A stretch of DNA of 64,000 nucleotides, from contig BCIN01000003.1 in the NCBI GenBank assembly GCA_039545335.1, positions 1,809,941 to 1,873,940 of the forward strand, written 5' to 3'. Shown one piece after another: positions 37,024-50,593 of this stretch. The DNA is from Kondoa subrosea (Eukaryota). Below the pieces are notes generated by a model, which ran no database searches, had not been told where the DNA came from, and worked only from the letters and a program-made list of their open reading frames with translations. A program made the position numbers and the translations under genes. The first letter of the stretch is position 1; each line of letters starts with the position of its first letter.

Positions 37024-38591
37024 ATGATTTCCACATTCCTCCTAAGTTCCCTAGCTCTGAGCGCCAAAGCGACTCAGATCTACCTATCGCCCGCTCCATC
37101 GCAGCATCTGCAAGTCTCGCCAGTTGACGCTCATGCCATTCTATCACATCACCTAAACTTGCATTTCGACGAAGCCCACAACACGCAATGGGTCAAGCAG
37201 CTAGGCTACGATCAGCATTCTCCATTTCAACAGCAAGACGATGATGGAGCTCTCATGCTTCTCATCACTCACCCTGAAAACGAACAATTCGATTTCCTGC
37301 CAGAGTCTATGCGCGGCGAACCCGCTTTGACCGTTTCCTCCTCCTCTGCACCGTTACAGTCCTGGTCAGAACTGTTGACAATGTATTGCAAGAGAGCGGC
37401 ACGCACTTTCGATATGCATTTGAGCGAGATTCATGGATTTCAAGATTGGGCAAAGCAAACGGTTTCCAAGGCTGAGAGTGCGGTCGAAAGCTGGTTACTT
37501 GCACCTGCAGTCAAGCTTGGAGTAAGCTCACCTAATTTAGGGGTTGTTCAGGGATTTAATCATTGAGCAGCTCATTCCTGGCGATATCAAATTACCTGTC
37601 GAACCCAAGCCTGAATACTCCCGTCTGCTGACTCAACTGGACTTTGCAGATGCAGTAGGTCAACAATGATATGCGAGTTAACATTACTGATGAAACTGCA
37701 GAGCGCTCAAACACTGATTTCTGAATTTGCTGCTATGGACAAATTGGTCGAGTCGCTAGCCAGAACCGGACAATCTAGCTCCATTGATGCTCCCTACTCG
37801 TCTCACCAGGATCAGGCCCAATTCGCCATCATGAAGTTGGAAGGTCTTTCTCAAATTGAGGCGAAACACGGACGTCACTCGTCGCAGTATCAAGAAGCCA
37901 GTCAAGCCTTCAAAGCGATGCTTTCCGTGAGTATATCATCTAATTGACAGTTCCTGATACTTATGTTTGAGCAGGCGACGCTGCAAGCTTACAAAGCTCA
38001 AACTTCTTCTAACAAAGTTATTCTGATCATCAGCCCACCGCAACTCCCTGCGCATCACTACAAGAGAAACAACACGCCAGGCAATCCTCTTCTAGCTCCT
38101 TTCCGTAAGTCAATCGTTAAACGTCAATCTGAAACTTCTTCACCAATGCCACTCGTTCCTACATCGAAACAATGTTTCGCCGATGCAGACACTTGCACCA
38201 ACACTACCAACTCTTGCAATGGTCATGGTACTTGTGTCCAGGGTATGAGCGCAAGAGGTGGAGATTGTTTCGTTTGCAGTTGCACGAAAGATAAAGATGG
38301 GCAATGGTCTGGACAATTCTGTGAAAAGGAAGATTACAGTTCGAGTTTCTTCTTATTGGCTGGTACTGGTTAGTCGGCTACTTGTGATTGTGATTTGAGC
38401 TGAAAAGAGATGGGGTTGAAAAGGATTATTGCTATTCCTTGCTGTGATGGGATCGATCAGCTTATTGTCGTCGAGCGGCAGTGAAGATCTTCCTCAGGTG
38501 CTAGAGTTGTCTACTGGTATGTGCTGTGTGTCGTGATATCGAAGATGAGCTGACAAAAGTGCGACCAGGCGGATCCAAGAAGGATAACTAG
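37024..38591 (+). CDS. DUF3844/Vps3844-like single-pass secretory-pathway protein
   Basis: Signal peptide; C-terminal cysteine module CFADADTCTNTTNSCNGHGTC...CFVCSC...WSGQFCEKEDYS followed by a transmembrane helix. Confidence 0.85.
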
Positions 38592-39060
38592 TCGAACGGG
38601 ATTAGTACTTAGTCACTGCAGCTCGTTGCCTTGAATGTAGATATCTATACATCAATACAGCAGCTTTCGCTCATGGGAAGCCACTCGCAGCAATGATTCC
38701 GGTTTAAGCGCAAAAGGAGAAGTATTGGTCATGCTTATATTTCTAATCTTCAGGTATATTAGTGTGACGAGAGCGGATCAAAGTTAGGAACGTGCGCGAG
38801 CGGAAGCAATCGATGCATTACCAAATACAAATCTTTATCGCAGAATCGTTACATTGCTGCTGAGTTCCATAGATGATAGCGCGCTTGCCGTTGCTGCTAG
38901 AGGAAACGAGCCGCCAGGTACTATAGCGACCTAGTTTACCCGATTGGGGTGTCTCATCACGTCTTTTGGCAAGATTTTCGTAAATTCCTTATCTCTATCC
39001 GCCGATCTTCGAACAAGGACACAAGTGCAACCTATACCATAGCAGGAGCATACCACAGCC

Positions 39061-41660
39061 ATGGTGTATAGTGGACTGCCACCGCTTGAGGTTATCTTAG
39101 ATGCGCCAGAAGTGGTTTTGCGAACAAGTGCAAGTACGGACACCGAGGCGGAACCAGCAGCTCTCTCTGGCAATCTTGTCCTACGCTTGAACGAACGCAC
39201 AGATGTCAAGGATATCTCGTCAGTCGCAGCACTGCCCTAGATTGACTATCGGAACTGATTGCAACTCGTTTAGCCTGGTTTTCGCTGGCAAGTGAGCTCA
39301 CCTATCAGACGGCTCGAAGTAGCAGCAGACTAATGCAAACATGAGCAGAGCAAGACTGACGTATAACGATCCAGCACCGAGCTTCAAGACGCATACAATG
39401 GAGCTTCCGCTCTTTCATCATGACTTTGCTTTCTTCCCTGAACCTGTTGCCCATCACATGCACACTCTTAACGCAGGAGAACACAAGTTTCCTTTTCATC
39501 TTTTGCTTCCCGATGATCTTCCTGGAACTTTAAGGTCGCATACTGGTTCTGCACTCATTGAATACAAACTCAAGGCTCATGTCGTTCGAGCGGGCTTTGC
39601 TCATTCCAATTACTCCTACAAGAGATCTGTTCATGTTTCAAGAGGTTTATCGCCTGATGCACTGGAGTTCACTTCGACAGTGGATTTAGGTGCGCTCAAT
39701 AGACAATACTTCTGATTGGAAGTGCTCATCCAGCAAATCAGAGAACACATGGCCTGGAAAAGTCATGTACAATTTCATGCTGCCGTTTAAAGTCGGTTGC
39801 CGCGACTGCGTGACCCTTATCAAATCTCACTTTGTGGACAGGCGCATCCAGCTGGAACCTCAATACCAATCAGTATCAAGTTTACACCCTTGGCGAAAGG
39901 AGTTAGGATATTGTCCGTTACTACATCGCTAATGGAGAATGTGTAAGCTTTATATAGATGATGACGTGAAGCCAGGTCAATCGCTCATGCGAATGACAGT
40001 ACTATTCAGCACAAGCATGGCAGTCAATCAACAGAAAGTCATGCAATAGCCGTTCATAAACAATTGGTAGAAGCTTCGAGACCGTCTAGCACGCCCGGAA
40101 GTGCGCCTTTATCTCGTGTACAATCACGCACCGACCCGTCATCCTTGTCAACTGGAACAAGTACACCTCATCCTATGACTCCTTCTGGTTCAGCCTCAAC
40201 AGGTGTTGCGCCTGCAGATCTGTCTCAAAGACTAGCGAATGTCAACCTTTCAAACGGATTTCCCCGCGCTTCAGGGTCGAGAGATCATTCTGCTACACCA
40301 TCACCAGCTCCAGGAATGGTACAACACTCTCTCACTCCTGAAGCATCCGGATCTGGCATCGCTATCGGATCATCATCTCACCAGTCTTTCTCATACCACA
40401 ATGCGGATGAGCCTCAATTCCAACCGCTGGACCCTAATGATATACCACCTGAAGAAACGCATCTTGTTGTCAATATCGCTATCCGTAAGTCTAACTGAAA
40501 TTGTCCGCTTATAGCAGGAGGTCTTATAGAGAATGTTTTAGCTGCCGCTTCTGCACCCACGAATTCTGTTGCACCTGCAATAATCACACATCGTCTCAAG
40601 TGGAGTGCATATATCAAGTAGGGTTTTCCCTATCAAACATTGACCTGTTGCTAAAATCGAATGCAGAAACGCAGATGGGCATGTATCAGAGCTTCGCTGC
40701 GCACTACCAATCTTGGTACTTTCAAGAACAATGATAGCGGAAGCCAAATTAGCTTCAAGCGGAGCAAGAAATCTGCTCTTCGGTCCATCTGGAGCTCTTC
40801 TTCCCGATCGAACGGGCGGCTTGAATCAAATGGTCGAATTACCAGCATACGCTGAACATGTCTACGATCGCGTGCCATATGCCGATCAACAGACAAGCGA
40901 ATATCGACCTAATCCTTGGGCTAGCACTCATTCTTCTCCTTCTGGAACACCTTCACCATCTCGACCTAGCAGTCCAGTGGGCAATCATTCGAGCAATCCA
41001 GCATCGACAGCTGGTTTAGTGATGAACGGTCATCAAGATCTCAGCTCAATGCCAATGCAAACAGCGCCTGCAGATACATATCATAGCGGTTCGCCTGATC
41101 CTGATCCAGTGACTCCGCAAGCCTCCAGCTCTACTAATTTCACCCGCCGATTTCCTCATCGAGGTAAATCAACGTCTTCTGTCGCTTCTACCTCTACGGA
41201 CAATTCTTCACCTGCTCCTTCACCTGCACTGTCTACCTCTTCTACTTCAAGTTTAACAGGCTTCTTCGGTCATCTACATCTACCCAAACCTTTACGACCT
41301 CTTACTTCCCTCTCTCGAACGTCAACAACAATGAACAACACTGATTCGTCTCAAGGTCATTCAGCCGATAGTCTTTATAGTCTTTCTATTCCCGGACCCT
41401 CAGCTTCTTCTGCTCCAGCTTCACCTACTTCAAGTACATTCGGTAACACTGCAGGTCAAACATGCGCTATACATACTCAATTACCTCCAAGTCGACCATC
41501 AAGTCCTAGAAGCGCTTTCTATTCTCAAGTACCAAGTTACGAAAATACAATCTTGCACCCACATGGTGGAGGAGTTGTTCCTCTTTCTTCACTTATGGGT
41601 TTACCGGATTATGATGCAAGACCGGATATGGAGAGGACCACGAGTGAACAGTCTACGTGA
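39061..41660 (+). CDS. Alpha-arrestin (ART/Rod1/CreD-like ubiquitin-ligase adaptor)
   Basis: LSGNLVLRL, HTLNAGEHKFPFHLLLPDDLPGT, IEYKLKAHVVR, ENTWPGKVMY and DGHVSELRCALPI. PY-type motifs LPAY, VPSY and LPDY. Confidence 0.9.
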
Positions 41661-41794
41661 AATCGGAAGTCGAAGAAGATGATTGATTATAGATGACGAA
41701 AGGGTAGATATGAGCATGTGTTCCTTTTAGAGTATTTCAGTGTAGACATATACAGCATAATTTTCAAACCCATTTCCCCTTCACCTGACATAGT

Positions 41795-42624
41795 CTACGG
41801 ATCGACCAATTCGCCTGAGAATAAACTTAGCGACGAGACGAGACAAGCAAGCAACAACTTACCGCATAAGATGTACTTGCCCTTGAAGTCTGTAAGGCTG
41901 AATGAGACTTGAAGAATTCCGTGCTAAATTTGCGACTTACGCATTTCCCAATCTACGAACACATTGAGCTCATGTTAAGTATGTTTCAAAGAGAGCTTAC
42001 CTGTCATATTGTTCACTTCTGAAGGTGTCAGATCGGCCAGGTCATCAATAGGTTGATCAATAGGCGTTAGCATGCTTTCGTCGAACGATTGTTTCGCCAT
42101 CTATGCGCGCTTTAGAGTTCAGGATAGGGGCTGAGAAAGGATGAATGCTTACTCCTCTCGAAGCGTCTCTTCCAGCAAAGTTCTCGTATGCCCCGCCTGG
42201 AAAGGAAGGGATCAGCGCTGAATGTTGAAATGGGAAACGACATTAAGATAGACCTGGTCCATAGAAACCTTTACCACTGCTCACGTCAAACACCTTTCGG
42301 TTCACTGCAAAGAGAATAGTAGGATTCGACCTTCCATCATACGGTCTCAGCTGTAGAGGAGTGAAAGTTCGCCAAACGATAGTTTCAGGATGTTTCGCTG
42401 GCTGTAGGAAAGCATTCAGCTGTTTTTCTTGGGTGGTTTAGAAGATAGCATACGAGCCATGTATAGGAATCAGGCGTAGAAGGAATGACAGACAGATCTT
42501 TCGGTGATGAAGGAAACAAAATGCCCGATATCAGAGGCCAAGCAAGGAAGATCAACACTGCAGTGAGCAGGTAATTCAGAGGGTTGTCATTGAGCGCAGT
42601 AGACACATCCTGTAGAGTGAGCAT
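41795..42624 (-). CDS. DAP1: Cytochrome b5-like heme/steroid-binding protein (MAPR/Dap1 family)
   Basis: N-terminal TM helix; [46 protein letters not shown] and [17 protein letters not shown]. Confidence 0.9.
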
Positions 42625-42652
42625 CGTGGTTCGCTTCAACCCAGATTCAATG
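42586..42652. repeat. 67-bp direct repeat, copy 1 (contains the DAP1 start codon)
   Basis: Matches 46790-46856 at 62 of 67 positions by manual alignment. Confidence 0.93.
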
Positions 42653-43348
42653 ACAGAGTCAGGTTGTTCTCACACGTCCAGCATTGTATACCGAGCCTCG
42701 CTATACCACAGATCCATTGGAGCCACGAGATAATGCAGAGTTTACATCGTATCTGAGGCCTCGTTGCTGTAGTATAGAACGATTACATGCTCGACTTGCA
42801 GTTGCCTTGATTACAATCAGACCAACCAGACTTGGTCAGATCATGTCTGATCCTGCCATTCACTCCTTTATCTGGTTATTTATCTCCATCGTTTTGTTTT
42901 TTAAGCATATATCTTGCAAGCTCTTAGAAGTTAGTGCTTGGTTTTGAATTGAAAGATTCAGAACTCCGCCTATTGGAGGACAATAAGCAGAAGGTCTTCC
43001 ATATCTAGACCTAGACTATCAAACAGGAAGACTCTGTGCGATTTGTCTTGCCCTTCCTCTTACTAAACAAACTCGCCAGAATCTTCCCTTGCAGAAACAT
43101 CACATGTCGTCTCCTCAGATTACAATGTGGAGGAGATTTGCTCTCTTGTACATTTCCAAAGTGCTGCTCGGTAGCACAAGACGAATCAATTGTATTTCGT
43201 TATGATTCCCGATTCAAGAGAGTATTTGACCGTAAAAATACAATGAGAGAAAGTGAATTGATTGATGTTATGTACAAGCAGAGAAGAAGCTTGGTCGATA
43301 ATAGTATACATACATGAAAGAAGGAGAAGAATCCCTAGGAAGATACCA

Positions 43349-46300
43349 TCATTGGTGTCTGCCTCCAAATGAAGCGCTACTGACAATAATTGGTGTGGTA
43401 GGACGCGCTGGATTTACAGGCTGCGAAGCATGAGCGGCACGAGTCTGGGCGGCGTGAGCTTGCTGCTGCTTTGCAGAGTCATCGTGCATGAGTTTCTTAG
43501 CTGCTTCATATCGCTCAGTTGTATCACTGTCACAACAAGTACATGAACAACTATGAGTCGGCTGAAGCTCACAAGACGAAACGGACTAACATTTGCAATT
43601 TACGAGCAGCTGCGTATTGCTGGACGTTGTTCTGTTCTCTGACTCCAGCTTCGGCTCGCTTGAAGTCAACAGCGGAGTCGCTGCAGAGTATGTCAGAAAG
43701 AATTGAAGCGGGAGCAATTGAAAACTACACCTTGAGACTATATCGAGCTGCATAAGCCTTGATATGATAAATCATGTATCGCTCGCTATGGTTGGGTTCC
43801 GTGATCCGGATGTAGCCTTCGCCCTGTTTGAGAGAGATATTAGCAAGAGATGTCATGCCATTGCCTGTCTGTCGACTTGCCCTATGAAACCATTCGAAAG
43901 CAGGAGCTGAAGCTGGGAGATTCTCCGGAGTTGCAGCACGAGTTACAAGATTCGATAGACCAGCAGGCGTTTGAGGTCTGGATACAACTGGCGTACCTGA
44001 AAGTAGTCTTAATAAATGAAGCTGAAGCTTAAAGGAAAAAATAGACTACCAGGTGGTAACGCTACGAGTGGACGTCTTGGTGGCGATGCTATGAATGAAA
44101 CTAATGAGCTTGCGAGTAGTACGTGCGCTGTTCTGCTCACGGGTCGGCGGAAATCGAGTCTGTGCTCCGTACGCTAGAGCAGAATCAATAAGCGAAGACT
44201 AGACAATGGCTGATCGCTTACGCTGATCAAGTGTATGATCCGCAACAGGAAGGTTGGGCCTGGTCGATGCGACATGACTCTGGGTTGGGAGGTCATGACC
44301 GGGCAGGTAACCAGCTGGCTGCGTGTTAATTTGGAGCGGCTGCTGCTGCGTAGATGAACCAGCTTGAGAGCTGACATCTATGGTAGACAGAGGTCAGTTG
44401 GTGATGTGACTAGCAAACATAGCTGGACTTGCGTGTATTGGCTGTAGCCGACCTTGCAGATAAGCTTTGCAACAGGTCGTTCAAGCGGTACGAACCTTGA
44501 AACATAGAAGCCATGCCCCTGGTAGCAGCATCTACATTACGCTGCGCGGCTTTGACTGCGGCGTTCTGCTTCTTCATTGCATCCAAATTCTTTTTCCCTG
44601 CAAATATCGATAAGACAGATGCTGAGGTTTTGGCAGAAAACCTGCTCAGCTCGACCACCTTCTTATGCTCTTCTATTAGTTGGAACTAGATTAGAGTGCA
44701 TGCCTTCGCTATCCAAACACAGCTTACTTAGAAGCGTAAACAGATTAATCTGTTCTGCATGTTCTAATTGGCAGCGAGATAAGAGTCTCGTGTCTTCGGC
44801 GGTCCAATGCGTCAACCTCTGCGTCCGCTTCGCATCTGGATTCTCAAACATTGCGTAACCAATCGATCGCATGCTGCAGACATCAATGAGCTCTTTGAAG
44901 TGTCTTATTATTATTATTTTTTGGCAAACTTACTGGCTGATTGACATGCCTATACCTCGTCCTGAATAGATCCATGTTGAAAGACCTCCAGGCATATAGA
45001 AGCGCTCGCTTCTGACTGGCCATGCCATTTCCAACTCTGCAATATCCTTGGCGTAAACTGCCAATTCCTTCTTGAACATGTTGCCCCATAGATTATCAGA
45101 GTCTCGACTGTAGACATCTGTAGCTGCGAAGTGATCGTGATAAGACTGAGCATGCTGAATAGAAGCGCGAATTTTCGCCACAAGTTGAACGCCGATAACT
45201 ATCAGCCATGCGGTCTGTATTGATTCGCTGAGATCTTCTCTGCTGATAATCTCGTGATGATCTTGTAGACTGTAGCCTTCGCATAGTGTTCTGATGCTAC
45301 CATAGATTGGCTCCAGTAGCGGATGCTATTCAAGACGTTAGATTGCTTTGGTGTAGACTGAGGAAAACATACCCATTCTTCAGGTATAACAGACCATACA
45401 TAAGCACCTTCTCGTAATTGTCAACATATCCAGCGACAACACTATAGCACCCACAAGCATATTGCATGTAGAGCCCGACTCCCAATTGAGCAGGATCTAA
45501 AGCAGTCTTAGCTTTGACAGTATGATCACGTAGCAATGACTGACATGGCTCGACTATCTTCTCATATTCATGCCCTCCCTCGATGATTGTTTGAGTAGTA
45601 GAGACTAGTGTGGCTTGATAATACTCGACCACGTTGGCCTGCAAGTATTTGTGCCGTTCGCCCTTCCCTCCCGTCGCCAAATCGCGCAGCTTCTCATAAG
45701 CAATCATACTGTAGCGATGGAGCTCCAGGAGGATCTTCACCTCGTTGTGAATGCCAAAGTAGTAGTCGCCTTTACCGGTCCAAGAAGACTGCAAGAGTTT
45801 TCTGAAACTATCCATATTATCGCTGAGCTGCCCCTGCCAAAAGTCTAAGACCGGTGTAACAGCGCGTGTTGCGTTGTGGTCTTCATTCAAGGCTACGAGG
45901 TGTGCTTTTACCATTGCGTGTCGTACCAACAGATTAGATTGGAGGTCGTAGAGCATCCAAGTCGTCTGTTGAGTCTTATAAAGAGAGTCCAGCTGAGCAG
46001 TGGCTGTCCTTTCATGGCGGTCGACCTCTTTATATTCGTTCTCATACTGTTGGAAGCGGCGACGCTGGCCATCAGGATCATGGATACTGCCTGGACTGGA
46101 GACTAGTGCCTTAGTGGCGGTAAGTATCTCAGATGATTTTGCGCGCAATGTCCTTATAGTCTGACGTTTTTGTTCGATGCGCCGTTGAATGTCTGCAGTC
46201 ATGCTGTTGTCAGACAGGTAAGAAGTTTTGGGTTCGATAGGCATATGAGAAGACATGGTAGATGACGGAAGAGCGAAAGAATAGTCAATCGGAAGAGCTT

Positions 46301-46385
46301 GCATTTCGAGGAACACAAAGGGAATTAATCTGGATTTGCCAGAGATCTGACCTGACAGCGATGAGGAGAACATGGCGTCTTCCAT
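43349..46385 (-). CDS. Large multi-exon orphan protein (N-terminal coiled coil/helical domain, Pro/Gln-rich C-terminus)
   Basis: 351-aa ORF at 45330-46385 that continues through several GT-AG introns (GIRTLCEG..., MRSIGYAMFE..., KVVELSRF..., PPTPSPPRRP...). Start, end and 3' junctions are approximate. Confidence 0.55.
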
Positions 46386-46789
46386 ACATATCGCATTCGC
46401 GACGTGAGTCTTTGAACATCCGCATTACAGAAACGTCGTAGTGGGAACGTTGGTTGGCAGACTGTGTCGCAACAGAACATCGCATTAAGGAGCCTCAGCA
46501 GCAAATATCCACAGGGCGCATAGAACCGATGCTGGCTAGCGAGCCTGTCGGTGCTGTTTTGATACCTTTTCGGTCGAACTGAACGACTCTTGGTCGAGCA
46601 TCCCAAGACTTCAACAGCTTAGGCACAGCATGGGCGAATGTTCGAGTCGTCTTGGACACGACTTGATAGGCAAATAAGCGTCGAAGTTTATCTGGAGACT
46701 CCCGCAGAGCTCGTTGAACAAAGCAGTGCAATTGTTACATTCAAGCAAGTAGCGTAGAGATCCAATTGAAGACAAGCGAGAGAAGTATC

Positions 46790-46856
46790 GTCATTGAGAG
46801 CAGCAGACACATCCTGCAGAGTGAGCATCGTGTTTCGGTTCAACCCAGATTCAATG
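46790..46856. repeat. 67-bp direct repeat, copy 2 (orphaned DAP1 5' fragment)
   Basis: Encodes [13 protein letters not shown], against [13 protein letters not shown] in DAP1, then diverges. Confidence 0.93.
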
Positions 46857-46913
46857 GGAAAGCGAGGGTATGTCATGATGGGAATGTAGGGTGCCAGGAT
46901 AATACAAAGTCTA

Positions 46914-49900
46914 TCATTGCACTGCCTCTGCTTCTCTTGCAACTTCGGCGGCCTCTGCTTCCGTAGTCTCTACCTCTGCCCTCTTCTCTTCCTGCTGAAC
47001 TTCCTCCCCTTCCTTTGCAGTTTGAGCAGCTCCCTCTGCTCCTGGTATTGGAACAGCTTCGTCCTTCTGCTGGTTTGGATCAGTAGGAGGTTCTTCCTTT
47101 TGAGCTGTTGTTACTTCCTTCTCTTGCTGCTGTAGCAAAGGATCTGCAACCGCGAATTCACCTTCTTCCTCATCCTCTACGATGCGTAACGGTTCATCAA
47201 GAACTTCAGCTTTCTTTTCCTCCTTCACAGGTGCTAATGATGCCTTGGGTTTCGCTTCTTGATCCAATTTAGCTTGGAAGACATCCGCAACAGGCTCGAC
47301 TTTAGGTGCTTCAATAGCTGTAGTATCGATTGTATCAGTCGAAAGATTGATAGGTGATGCGTGTTTGGGTGAATACTGTTCATACTTGTCAACGAAATCG
47401 GCACAGCTGAAATCCCAAGTCTTGAGCCATTTGCCATTCGTGCATTCTTTCTTTGTCCATTGTCCAGCATAGACGAGAGGTGACCAATGCCAGAACGACC
47501 ATAGAGCCAAAAAGAGGACAAAAGCTGCTACTTGCAATCGGACTTTAGGCTTGAAAGTGATTGTTGCTAGATCAAAGACAGTGCCGAGCAGAAGAATTGC
47601 GCAGTAAAGCGCAGGGAAGTAGTGATGTAAGAAGAGTTGACGCTGCATGATGAAGAAAGGTAGATAGTGCATGGCCCAGCCGATGACCAGGAACATGCAA
47701 GTTCGATCGTAAAACACAATTGTAGCTATGCGATATGTTAGCGTCGTATAGCAGACAGTAGAGCAGTACTCACTGTTTTTGAAGTCTTGGTAGCCTCTCT
47801 TGGCTCGCAAGATGAGCAGACCGCGAACAGCGACGTAAGTTGCAATTGACAGCGAGCTCAGCCACCAAACGATTGGATTGCCGATCAGATAGACTTGTCG
47901 ATTATTCTTGACCCAGAAGCTACTCATGAGACATCAGCATAAGCAAGAGTCAAGTCTACGGGTCTTACTTGATGCCTCTTCTCAACCACGGCCATGATTG
48001 AGGTCGAGAATCGTATGCGTGCCTTTCAGTCAGCCCAGCATTCGTCCGCCACATGACAGCGTTGAGTTCTACAGCAGCTTCACCTGAGCAGAATCGCAAA
48101 ATGTGACAGTGTGACTTACCGGCAAATTTGGAAAAGAAACTCGGACGACGATAGTTGATCCTTTGCGCTTTTGGCTGCTGTGCCACTGATAGAGGAAGTT
48201 AGCCGAATCGAGGCTAGACCAGCAAAACAGGGACATACGGATAGGATGCACATTAGTTTCGATATACCAAACGCTGTTAGGAATGGTCGGGTTCTGTGCA
48301 GGGCAAGTGATCAGCTAGCTAATAATATAGCAAGCTCATGGATCACGCACCTTATTGCAAGTCACTTCCTGTTGCTCGAAACCCCAGTCGGGCAGTTTCA
48401 CTCGATGCGAAAAGAGATAGCAACCAGTCATTAGATGCCTCAACCTAAACTTGGTTCGGATAGCTTTGACCCTTCTCTTAGCTTTACTATCTCCTTTATC
48501 GCAGTAGTCTTTTTGAATCTCCACAGCCCAATAATCGTTAGCATCCCCATCGAATCCGTCGAAACCGTATGCTGAAACTTCGTTTTGCCAATCTACTTCT
48601 GATACAGAAGGACGAATATCGTGAGAGTGGAGCTTTTTGTTTGTTATTGGATGATCAAGACGAATAAGCATGCCATCATCCAAATGTCGGACGGGAGTGT
48701 CGGTCAATGGGTTGAAAGTTTCATCAACGGTGCTATTAAGAACAGTCCATTCGTTGTTATCATCTCGATGAGGGTAAAGAGTGATTTGTTGCTCTGTAAG
48801 CGAGCGAACGAAACTTCAGTTGCCTAAAATCTAAAGTTTACGCAAGACCCACGTTTCGAGCCTCCAGGGTAATTATGAGGGTGAGAATGCAGATATCCAC
48901 CTTGCGTATTGTAATGTCGGATAGTGACTTTACTTCCAAGCGACACATCTGCCAATTCGTCGATGGACAAAATCAGCAAACATGCTGATGTTTCGTTCGC
49001 GAAGAGCTGACCAGCATAAGTATCATCCATTCCATGTCCTTTGAGCGTATGTTGAAATTCAGAGCTCATGAAACCATCTCCATCACCAGAAGAATGCAAG
49101 ACCCAAAAATGAACTTGAAAGCAAGCCATATAGACCATTAAAGGTATACCAATGAGACAAATTGCTCTTGCAACAAAATGTCGAAAGAGTAACTTCATGC
49201 TCACTCTAAGATCACCTAAAAGTTCCCAGAGCTGGATGATGGTCGCTATTCCTATTGTAGCGATGGTGAATAGTCCAACCCATTTACATGAGACGACAGC
49301 TCCCAAAGCTAAACCGGTAAGCGATAACCAAGACCACCAAGGTTTCGTAAATGGTCTTGATGAGTTTTCGTTTGAGAATCCAACCCAGAAGAAGATAGAT
49401 AAAGCGGTGAAGAAGATTAATGGTGAATCGAGCAGGATGAGTCTTGATTGAGTGATGAGACCGTTCTCGAATGTGATGAGTAAAGATGAAAGTAAGGCGG
49501 TGACTGGTCGACAAGCTAGCCCACGCATTGTTAGATAAGAAAGGGGAACGACGAGAATGCCCAATGATGCTGGAAAGAAGCGCATAAAGATGTAGGGCAC
49601 TTTGTCTGGCCCATACTCTCTGTCAGAAGATCGTGAGCGACTAATCGCCAATGCGAAAGCGCTGCAGCTACGGACTTTCCAATATCTTTGAAATCAAAGT
49701 TACCAGTAAAGCCGCCCATTATCGACGTGAGAGTGATAAGAAGCTTTGCTAAAGGCGGATGCACGTCCTGTACAAGGGATCAGCGTCATGTCTGATACTT
49801 GCTAAGTACGAACCATAAAGAAACGCTGGTTGATGTATTTTGTAGCCATGCCGCCAAAATGCACTTCATCAAAGCTGTGAAATGTGCATGCAATATTAGC

Positions 49901-50326
49901 ATATGACAATGTTAGCACTGCATAAATTCACACTACAGAGGAAGGCCTATCCAATCGATACAGCCTGACGCAGCAAGCCAAGAGGAACACCACGCCCAGC
50001 ACTTTGCATTCACCCGCACTCAGATTCAGCCCTCCTCCCAAGAAATCTATCGGTCCTGCTGCGCCTTTAGGTTCTTTTAATCTCGAAACAGCTGATCCAG
50101 CTGGTACTTTTCCTTTGGCTAACAGTTCATCAGGTTGAATCCATGATGCAGCAGAGAGTAAACTATCAGAGTCTTTTGACTTTGCTGCTAGAGGTCTTGA
50201 TGTTCTTAAAAGATTGGAAGACGAGTCCTTCTCTGCTGGATAAGTATCGAGCGCGTATTGATCGTTCGCATCGTCGACTTGAGCTGATGCTAATGGTCGT
50301 CGCGCTCTAGGAGCTGTGATGCTCAT
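46914..50326 (-). CDS. PMT1: Dolichyl-phosphate-mannose protein O-mannosyltransferase, PMT1 subfamily
   Basis: VV|FDEVHFGG, DVHPPLAKLL, QSRLILLDS and SCKWVGLFT; MIR domains (GGYLHSH, LHSHDIRP); YDSRPQSWP and RQLFLHHYFPALY; acidic C-terminal tail. Confidence 0.93.
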
Positions 50327-50593
50327 CTTTGTCGGACCAGCCAGTGACAAAAGCGAGATTTATGCAAGGTGTCGTGTTCAACAGAGAGCTCTCTGTCTGA
50401 CCCAAGCAGGAACAGTCACAGCAGTAGAGGGTATAGAGCAGGGTCTGCAAGCCGTAAATGAGCGAGCTAGACGTTTATCTTTAGGTGCTTGTTGGAGAGC
50501 AACTTCGAGCCTCGATTGCAAGATTGCTCAGAGTCGGCCACCCTTGACAGACTGCTGGAGTGAATTATTGGGCGACATATCGCAGCGTCAGAG

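Noticed and set aside
43036..43317. 93-aa plus-strand ORF in the orphan cassette
   Set aside because: GTG start and no recognisable motif; insufficient support.
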